NCBI GenBank assembly: GCA_043228905.1
Contig: JBHGNT010000011.1
Coordinates: forward strand, 7,192,001 to 7,256,000
Direction: 5' to 3'
DNA: 64,000 bases
Source of the DNA: Azolla caroliniana
Taxonomy: Eukaryota > Plantae > Polypodiophyta
A model generated the notes under the pieces. The model was not told the origin of the DNA and did not search any database. It worked only from the letters and a program-made list of their open reading frames with translations. The position numbers and the translations under genes were made by a program. This document shows, piece after piece, positions 42,783-51,967 of the stretch. Every line of letters starts with the position of its first letter. Positions within the stretch are counted from its first letter, which is position 1.

Positions 42783-45700
42783 ACAGGGCAACAAAAGTTT
42801 CACTATTATTGAAGAGTACGAAAGAAACAAGTTACAAACCTCTCAAGCTTTCTAAATGCAAAACCCAGATCTTAGAGAATCCCTTCTTAGGGTTTTGGCG
42901 AGTTCCACAAAACTGTGTCGTCACTCCCTCACACTCACTCACTTTCACTTCTACCTTTTGTATATGTTAAATTATTCAATAATACTATTGCTACAACAAC
43001 TTAATCTTGCCCTAGCTCCATATATATATGTGTGTGTGAATAAGATATGATTATAATATAATAATAATAAATCGACTGACTTGTCGACTTGACCATCTGA
43101 ATCACAAGTCGACACTCTAGTCAGTTCAACTAGTTGGCCTCAACTTCGACTACTGGATCGGCCCGACTGGTTAACTAGACTATTCGGCAAAGCCATCCGA
43201 TCCTCAAGTCTTCACATCTATTGATCCTCAATACAGTCGACTCATTGATCGATCTGGTCGATCCGACTGGTTGACTCACCGTTACCTGCAGTCCGATCAA
43301 ATCAGTTGACTACCAAGTCGACTTGTTGGTCGATCCGGTCAGCCAACCAGAATTCGGTTGCCAACTTCTCCCATTAGGAGGACAAAGTCCTAACAAACTG
43401 TGTATCTGATTTAGAGAAGCCCAAATACAAATCTCGGCTCGTCGCAAAGGGATTCAAACAAGAACACGTGGTCGACTACGATGAGATATTCTCACTAGTA
43501 GTGAAGATGACCACCCTTCGACTTCTACTTGGGGTCGTGGTGACTGAAGACCTAGAGCTTGGGCAACTGGACGTCCAGACGACATTCCTACATGGAAATT
43601 TGGAAGAAGACATCGATATGTCTCAACCAACTGGCTTCACAGTGATAGGGGAGGAAGGTCACCTCATATGTCGACCGAAGAAAAACCTTTATGGCTTAAA
43701 ACAAACGCGGAGGATGTGGTATCAGAAAGTTCATACCTACATTCGGTAGCTCGGCTACTGTTGGTCTAACTCCGACCCATGTATGTATATTCGGCAATTG
43801 GCCAATAAGTCTCGGATCTATTTGATCCTATACGTCGACGACATGCTCATTGTAAGGAGAAAACGAGCAGAGATTGGAGAACTAAATCAGAATCTTCATG
43901 ACAAATTTGTGATGACGGAACTTGGACAAGCCCGACACATACTGGGCATGAGGATTGAACGAAATTGAACAACAAAAACTCTTCGACTCTCCCAGTCCGA
44001 CTACATTCGTAAGGTGCTGAAGTGCTTCAACGTGGAGAATGTGAACCCAACATCAACTCCACTACCAACGTTGATCAGACTATCAGAGAGAGACTCTCCT
44101 TTGAATGATGAGGAGAGAAAGCTCAATGGAAAGATACCCTACCCATCGGTTGTAGGAAGTATTATGTACACAATGCTGGCGACCTGACTCAACCTTGCCT
44201 ATGCCATAGGGGTTGTCATCTGGTACATGTCAAACCCATGATGGAAGCATTGGGAGGCCGTCAAACACATCTTTAGGTATCTAAGAGGAACCAAGGATGC
44301 ACAACTGACTTTTGGATTTGCCAATCCGACCGAATTCGAAGGTTACACCGACTTCGACTGTGCCGGAAATACGAAGAATCGGAAGTCGACATCATGCTAT
44401 CTTTTCACCTATGGTGGCGGCACCATATCATGGAGGTCAAAGCTTCAAGACTGCATGGACTTGTCTACCACAGAGGCTAACAACATTGGAGGCGTCGAAG
44501 GAAGCCATCTAGTTGCACCGACTATTAGCTGACTTCTCGATGACAAGACAAATAGACCATTCAACACCGACCATCTGTTGCAATTCTCAGAGCACAATAT
44601 ACCTCATTCGGAATCTAGTCTATCACACAAAGACGAATCACATTGAGGTGGGGTTTCATCATATCCGGGAGTTCATAATGGAGAAGGAGCTCGAAGTTCA
44701 GAAGATCGACATCGAGGTGAATATCTCCGATTTCCTAACGAAGCCAGTCCCAGATCAATGCTTCAGAACATTGAGGACAATGATGGGACTACAACAAGCG
44801 ATTGAGCAGAAAGAAGCTAAACAAACAACAGTAGAAGGAAAAATAAAACAAGTTGGAATACCAAGAGGATGAAGATGCCACACTGAATGAGGATGTCGAC
44901 TGGAGAGAAAATGATCGACAAGTGAGCAAAGCCAAATATAGATCAAAGATCCAACAAGAAGCTCGTGAGCCAACACAAGAAGTAGATCGACTAAAGATCG
45001 AGCGTTGGACTTAGACATGAATCGATTTGAGCAAACAAGTTGACTCGGAGGTAAATTGATCCGAAAAAGTTGATCCGACGGACTCTAACATGTTGACTCA
45101 GACAACACACAATACGGAAGAACAAATGAATTAGGCTAGACACCAACCTTACCTCCGTTGGTTCAATTGAATGCCGACAATCTAGTATGTATACATGTAA
45201 CTATAGATTAGATTTGTAATCTAGGTTCACGGGGGAGATAACCCCAAATTATTTGTATACATAGGAAAGAGTAGCCCTTTTATGGGGGATTTTGTTGGCA
45301 TAAAAGGCTGGCTCCTTCCACTTTGTATCCTTAGTGCGAACACACTCTCTAGTTAGGTCTTGAGTATATAAGCTCAAACCTAACATTGTAAAGAATATCT
45401 TGGAGTAAAAAGAGTTACAAAAAAGAGAATAAGAGAGAACTCTCATTGAAGCTTAATCTGTGTCTATCTTCTACCTTTCTTCTTCTTGTTGTTGTATATA
45501 TGTGTTGTTTGATGTACACATCTTACCTTACAGGTCCTTATCATATTGAACATGTGGCATATTACAAAAAACTGGTGATTCTAATCATATTTCTAACATT
45601 GAATGGAAAGTGTAATTTGGCATAAGAGACAATGCTAAGTCAAGCATATGATATCTGTATTCATAGATATGGGAGTGTACAACCCATATATATCATTTTA

Positions 45701-45886
45701 TGCCCATATCTCTTTAGAATTTATTTGTATCTTTTCCTATTGAACAACTATTCATATCATTTTAGACCAAATGTTTAACGGAAATTATACTCAAACCAAA
45801 AGTTTTCACAAGTCATATAATGCAAAGTAAAAATAAACTGCTAGTACAATTAATATTGTTCTATTTATACATGATGCAATATGGTT

Positions 45887-46603
45887 TCAATCCATAAGTA
45901 AATTAGAAATAGGTTGCTCGTCAAGATCAGTTGAGTGTTGCATATTATTGTTATTGTCATCTTTTGTCTGCTCAGCTGAATCCAAGATGTGTTCGGATTG
46001 TAAAACATCTTCTAAGTCAACAAGGTTCCCTCCTTCATCTATGGGTTCCATTGGTTCTCTAGAAGTTATCTGAAACATCTCAGTTTCATTGATATGCTTT
46101 GCCCCAACTTCTTGGTCTTGGTGGAGACAATCCCAGATACCTTGGATATTCATTTTAATAAAGTTTACTTGTAAAGGATTCTTCTCCAATGCCACACAGT
46201 TTCTGAACATCTTCAATGTACATGCAATTGTAATTCCTCATAGAATAATGGAATTTTCCCATGCCAAAAAAAAACTTCAGCGAACATTAAATTTAATCAA
46301 AGTTAATGTGATTAGGCTTATAGTATATACCTATCTCAGAGAATAAATATAAAACCCAATCATCTAGTTTTGAAAAGAGCTCGATGAGGCGATTGATTAG
46401 TCTTTGCGGTTTTTGGTAGGGGTTCATGAGACTCTTATCGCCAGATACATGATGAAGCTTCTTTGTCATAGCTGGGCACATTCCACTCGTTCACGTGTGC
46501 CCGAGCCTTCTTCTTTGTGATTGGGTCATAATACCCCACACATGGATGTTCCACGACACTCACCATTCGATCACCCGAGCTATGAGCTATATTTGTTTTA
46601 ATC
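45887..46603 (-). pseudogene. Last two exons of a diverged paralogue of the beta-class DNA amino-methyltransferase
   Basis: IKTN...VGYYD...NPYQKPQRLINRLIELFSKLDDWVLYLFSEIG|ITIACTLKMFRNCVALEK...DQEVGAK; GT-AG intron 46237-46330 and acceptor 46604-46605 at the same positions as in the 55219-55952 exons; frameshift near 46480. Confidence 0.88.
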
Positions 46604-48006
46604 CTATTTATATAATTCCAATGTATTATCAACATATTTTATAAAATAGCAACTGTATTCGTAATCATATATTATTGTGCAACTTGTAGCTTATTGTGAA
46701 AGTGTTTTTAGAATTCAAGCTATTGAACACTAGAAGAATATGAGGTATGGAGCATTCACATTTGGAAGGCAAGAACATGAACCAAGATCTTAAGGAGAAC
46801 TCAAACTAAAAGCAAGAGACACGGAGAAAAGTAAACGGAGAAAAAGTGGGCCACCTAAAAATAGTCTAAAAAGAATGGTCATAACTCTTTCGTTTAGAAA
46901 ACCCAAATATTCATGTTCAAATATGGGTTGGAAGGCTCATGAAGCGAGCTTACAATTTTATATCTCTAAATTTGGAGCTTTGGTGAGGGAGATATGGCGA
47001 TGAGAATGTTGTTCTGTCATAGCTAAAAATAGGAGATGAAAAACTTCTAAAAAAAGCATGAAAAAGAGAGGAACGAAAAAGAATAAGAAGATTATAATAA
47101 GTGAGATGGAAGAGGCTAAGGGGGGAGGCTAGAGGCTAGAAGATTAATATATTAAATTTCGTTCTAATAAACATTAGACTTATGTACTGTTAGGAATATG
47201 TCCCTCCTATGGGAGACACCAATTGGTCAGACCAAGAGCCGACAATCGAGGATAAGGAGTAGTCGACTAGTTAGGCCAAGAGCCGATAGTCGAGGATAAG
47301 GAGTAGTTGACTGGTCGGGTCAGGAGCCGGCAATTGATGACAAGGAGGAGTCGAAATTATACAAAGTGATCCAAGTTGAAGACACAACCGACTAATTGGG
47401 TCGAATAGATGGTCAAAGACAAGGTTGACTAGTCAAGCCAACTGGATTGTCGACATAGGAGTCGACTAGTCGACCAATCGGCTAATTAACTGTTACTATT
47501 ATTAGTATAGTAATAAGAAGATAGTAAAATAGCCCATACTATGTATAAATATAAACACACTTAGGGCAAACATAGTGGAATAAAACAGAAAGAATAAAAT
47601 AGCATAGAGTTCCTATAGCTGAAAGTTACAGAGAGAAGAGAGAGTGTGTGATAGAGAGACCAGTGCCAGAGTTGTGAGAGCTTAGATGCCAAGAGCCCTG
47701 TGATACACTCTATGTAGAGAGAGTGTTGTATACTGTCTCCTTTGTATCTCTCCATTGTATAATGGATCTTTGTTCCCATGGTTTTTCCCTGTTTAGGGTT
47801 TCGACGTAAAACTGTGTATTCTATGCATTTGTTGTTTACTGTTCTTCCACACTATTGTGTATTTCACAGTCGGTCTTCCTCACGAATCTGAGGGATCGAA
47901 TCCCATCAAATTGGTATAAGATCTTGAGGTGCAAGCATGGAAGGAGGTGTGAGTGGCTTCCATGGTATGATAGTTCTGAACTCTCAAAACTATGCAAACT
48001 AGAAGA

Positions 48007-48042
48007 AACACGTTCGCGTTCACAAGTGGAAGGATCGCGCAT
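48007..48042 (+). repeat. Left TIR
   Basis: AACACGTTCGCGTTCACAAGTGGAAGGATCGCGCAT. Confidence 0.96.
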
Positions 48043-48364
48043 AAATGGAAGGATAAGGGAAATTTTAGGGGTTTTTCAATGATTTTACAAAACACATTGA
48101 TACCAGTATCATACAAGTTCAAACATACTATGAAAAAGGTTAAAAATCCACTATTTTCGTGATTTAGAAGTAACTAAAAAAAGACGAATTTAAAAAACAT
48201 ACATTCTCAATTTATATCACAAACTTTACAACCAATGTTATTTTATAAGAAACGATTTTTGGGAAATCATAAGAATTCAAAACACATGATTTTATATTAC
48301 TCGATTTGTTACAAGCGGAATGTAGTTACACTTAATAGCCAAATATACATTCATGATCACTCCT

Positions 48365-51145
48365 TTACGGAGAATCACTACTATAACTAATATACAATGA
48401 CGATTCCTCCTCATCATCCTCGGATGTACCAATCAGTGCATTATCTTCGTCATAAACCAAATGGTTTGACTCTAGATTATATGTAGCAGATCTCGTTTGC
48501 CTTTGACTCGAGCCACCTTGTAGACCTGGTAATTTTTCTTTTATTATATCTATTGTTGACTTCCTTAATCGTCCGGCTTTTGTAAGTGTGAAGTCGTACA
48601 CGATGATATCCACATCAGAGATATCAAGGGTCGAGGTGTTACGAATGTTTCGCTTCCTCTTCCTACCTCCCCTTCTTGTTTGGCATTCAATCATCTCCAA
48701 TGTATACTTACCTGTAAAAGCATTTGCACTTCTAGTGTTGTACCAATGAACATTTATAGACTTGATCATGTTTTCTATTTCATGCATTAGCACTTCTAGA
48801 ATTTTACCAACCCAAAATTGGTGGCCATGTGAGTTCTCATCAGCCGGCGTTGCAATTAACATCCCCGCGGTGAGCTCTTGCAAATTTCCTTGCCATCTAG
48901 CTTCGGCTGCTTTGGTCATCCTTGGTCCCACATAAATGTCTCTTTGTTGTGGATGGACCAAGCTGTCATTAATCGCATTTACTAGTCGCTCCGGACTTCT
49001 ATTTACGCGATCATGTTGCAGCGACCATGTGAATGGCGTTTCCAAATTCCAATTATCAACAGATACACAATTGTCTATAATTTCTTTCTGATCACTATAA
49101 AATACATCCCACCATGACGTGTCTTGTTGTGCGGCATATTTCTTGGCGGCCTCAATATGCTTTCTTTTTTCTTCTAAGGCTTGGAGCCATGACCGTTTTT
49201 GTTCTAATACCAAGTCGCTCTGCAACTGTCCTTTCTTCTCAATTGGCATTTGCTTAGCTCCATGGACAATTGTACTCGGCATACAAAGTAATAACTGGCA
49301 ACCACCTTCAGGTTCCCATGTTGTAGAAGATGAATATTGTTTAGCATACAAAAGTGTAGAACCACTTATTCCATTTTTCTTTATCAAAAAAATGTGATTG
49401 AAACTTATATTATTTAACTGAGCAAGCACTTTAACATTCCCACCACCCCCATCTAATATATATCTCTTAAAGTCATATACCTCCTTCAAGTGTAACACTT
49501 TTGGGCGTGGTGTATATGCATCACAAATGACATCAAATAGTTTAGGTAAAGTGAAAGCATCATGCCGAGACAACTGTCTGGAGAATGTGCTAAACATCTG
49601 ATCTATATGGTCATGTGTGTGGCCAACCAAAAGGAAATTGACTTTCACTTTCCTAAACAATTCTAGGTTGACCAACATACTTAGATAGCCAAATACAGTT
49701 GAATTTTTGTTCTCTCTAGCAGTATTGTCCAATTGAATGTATAGAACAGGGGGGAAAGGTTGTCCCCAAGACATCAAAACTCGGTGAATCACTGTAACTG
49801 TTAGGTTAGGGTCATTGTGAACATTGGGGTAAGTAATGAAGACGTGAGGTCGAACAGACCTATTATAAGCCAAGCATCCCACCAAGTGCATTTGAACAAG
49901 GCACTCATCATTGACATCTTTGGGGAGCCTCCGCATATGCGGCAAGCATGTCTTCTTCTGGTCCATGCCATCTATCATTAAGCACATGTATTGTTCAGGC
50001 CTCTTCAAACACTTCTCTCTATGATGCATCGCCTTCCTTCGTTCTAAGGATTGTGCCTCACGATGCTCTTGTAGTAACTTCTTACTCGTATCCTTTTCCA
50101 TTGATGTCTTTGCACCTTTAGCCAAACTTTTAAGATTTGCACAAATGGAGCAATACCCCATACGTACTTTACGAGGAATAATAACATTTGAAAACTGAGC
50201 TCTCCATAATCTTGTGAATTGGCTATAGGTGATAGACTTATTACGTGAGCCCAGCATTTCAGATCGATAGACATCATAAACTTCCCGACGGGTATAATTA
50301 TCAGAAAGATGCATCCTACCTGTAGTGGGCATTACTTCACAATTTAACTGAAAGTAAGTTTTCATCCAGCCAATAGCTAGTCTTCCAATTGCACCTTTCA
50401 TACTTGGAACCTCTTTACAATTGAGCATCTGATCCCCGCTAAGTAGACGTTGTTGTACTCTATGTAGCCGCATGTTACTAACACATAACGCAATTTTGAA
50501 TGCAACTCTACATATCTGTTGCGCATGGAAGATATAATACTCGAATGATACTTTGATCCCCGTACATTTGTCAGATACTAGTTGCATATGTGATCCGAGG
50601 TAAGTGTCTTGCTCATCACCGGTCATCGAAAAATAGTATCGCCTTAATTCTCGCAACTTTGATTTTCCAATCATAGACATACAACCACGGGCACAACATA
50701 TTTTGTTGACATCAAATCCAATCTGTTTATCTGATGTCACCAAGCTAAATCTAGCCAGACGAATTCTTCGTGGGATTCTTCTAATATGCATAGGGCTCCC
50801 AGATTTCTCTTCCTGCATAGAGGTTGGTGTAACCTTGTTACAGTCTAATTCTCTGTTCTGACCATCGCCAATGTTATTCAATGTTTCCTGGGCACTTCCT
50901 TCATTCTCGGTATCTTTATTAATATCGTATTCTTCAATAGAGAACTCTTCACATGTGTCATTATTTACATTCCCTGTAGATGAGCTCAGACAATATTCTT
51001 CGATAGAATATGGTGAGTCGGTCGAAAGACAATATTCTTCAATCGAATATGGTGACTCTGTTGACAAACAATACTCTTCAGTAGAAAACGATGGGTCTGA
51101 TGACAAACAATATTCTTCAATCGAGAACGGTGAATCTTCACTCAT
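48365..51145 (-). CDS. Intronless 926-aa DDD transposase, Sola1/DUF7869-like
   Basis: Candidate catalytic Asp in LMIDGMDQ, IQLDNTARENKN and FLLVGHTHDHIDQMFS; Cys clusters CCARGC, ICRVAF and CSIC; lies within the TIRs; no stops. Confidence 0.85.
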   Translation of the reverse strand: MSEDSPFSIEEYCLSSDPSFSTEEYCLSTESPYSIEEYCLSTDSPYSIEEYCLSSSTGNVNNDTCEEFSIEEYDINKDTENEGSAQETLNNIGDGQNRELDCNKVTPTSMQEEKSGSPMHIRRIPRRIRLARFSLVTSDKQIGFDVNKICCARGCMSMIGKSKLRELRRYYFSMTGDEQDTYLGSHMQLVSDKCTGIKVSFEYYIFHAQQICRVAFKIALCVSNMRLHRVQQRLLSGDQMLNCKEVPSMKGAIGRLAIGWMKTYFQLNCEVMPTTGRMHLSDNYTRREVYDVYRSEMLGSRNKSITYSQFTRLWRAQFSNVIIPRKVRMGYCSICANLKSLAKGAKTSMEKDTSKKLLQEHREAQSLERRKAMHHREKCLKRPEQYMCLMIDGMDQKKTCLPHMRRLPKDVNDECLVQMHLVGCLAYNRSVRPHVFITYPNVHNDPNLTVTVIHRVLMSWGQPFPPVLYIQLDNTARENKNSTVFGYLSMLVNLELFRKVKVNFLLVGHTHDHIDQMFSTFSRQLSRHDAFTLPKLFDVICDAYTPRPKVLHLKEVYDFKRYILDGGGGNVKVLAQLNNISFNHIFLIKKNGISGSTLLYAKQYSSSTTWEPEGGCQLLLCMPSTIVHGAKQMPIEKKGQLQSDLVLEQKRSWLQALEEKRKHIEAAKKYAAQQDTSWWDVFYSDQKEIIDNCVSVDNWNLETPFTWSLQHDRVNRSPERLVNAINDSLVHPQQRDIYVGPRMTKAAEARWQGNLQELTAGMLIATPADENSHGHQFWVGKILEVLMHEIENMIKSINVHWYNTRSANAFTGKYTLEMIECQTRRGGRKRKRNIRNTSTLDISDVDIIVYDFTLTKAGRLRKSTIDIIKEKLPGLQGGSSQRQTRSATYNLESNHLVYDEDNALIGTSEDDEEESSLYISYSSDSP

Positions 51146-51816
51146 GGCTTAAGGTCTAGATAAGGCTCTCTAAGTTATACTCCTCTCTAACCATATACTC
51201 CTCCCTAAACATAAACTTCTCTCTAAACAAAAGCCAAATCAATAGAATGTCTATATTATGTAATATTCTATTAATACAATACATCTAAAAATTATTTTTA
51301 ATAAAGTAATTTAACTTAAATTATCAATCATTATATAAACTAGATCTAAATGATGTTAAATCAAGTAAAATATAAAACTAATCATTAACAAGCCTTGAAT
51401 ATGTTGGATTAATGTTAAAATCATTGGCTAATTAATGACACCCATTTTGATATAGAACGTCTCACTCATTGGTTCTTTAATGCTCACCATTTTAAATATT
51501 AGACATATCAATCATTGGTTAATTCATGCCCACATCTTTAATACATAACATTTGAGAGTCATAAAAATTGTTGCTTTTAGTAATCAATCATTGGTACATT
51601 CATGAACCTCTATCATTGTCTCCTTCATAACCTTTGAAGTGATTGTAGGTTGTTATGACTATAAAAGATTGATCAATATGTTAGTTTGACTTTGTAATCA
51701 TTAATACAATCATAAGTTACTCTAGTTAATGTGACTATGGTTACCAACTAACTATCCTCAAAGTTACCAACATAGGTTAAGGTGACTATGGTTACTTTAA
51801 CCATGGGTTCAATCCC

Positions 51817-51824
51817 TATAAATA
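51817..51824 (+). promoter_or_regulatory. TATA box of the cargo gene
   Basis: CTATAAATAG about 150 bp upstream of ATG 51968, followed by an Inr-like TCACTCAC and a 9-bp-repeat (CAGAGCACA) 5' UTR. Confidence 0.6.
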
Positions 51825-51967
51825 GGAAGACCTCATCATATTTCACTCACCAGAGCGTACAGAGCGTACAGAGCACACAGAACGCAGAGAGCACACAGAG
51901 CACACAAAGCACTCAGAGCACAAAGCACGAAAGCGCGATCTCCGCCTCCACTTCAACACGATCAACC

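Larger units (their letters stand above)
17841..43395 (-). mobile_element. Nested minus-strand Ty1/copia element, itself interrupted several times
   Basis: LTRs 17841-18418 and 41125-43395 (TGTTAGG...CCTAACA); PPT after 18418; degenerate PBS 41110-41121; RT/RNaseH 18419-19659, gag/PR 39956-41100; positional 5-bp duplication AAATA/AACTG. Confidence 0.85.
14639..45569 (+). mobile_element. Outer Ty1/copia element (degenerate) interrupted in RT by a 25.5-kb nested stack
   Basis: 5' LTR ~14639-14905, PBS TGGTATCAGAG 14908-14918, gag-PR-INT-RT to 17840; RT resumes at 43401 (KWVFRYKY|VSDLEKPKYK); PPT then matching 3' LTR 45293-45569. Confidence 0.88.

Noticed and set aside
46700-47187. Possible upstream exons or terminus of the MTase-relic element
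   Set aside because: No match to exon 4 (DIPY) or to a TIR could be seen; probably an unrelated repeat fragment.
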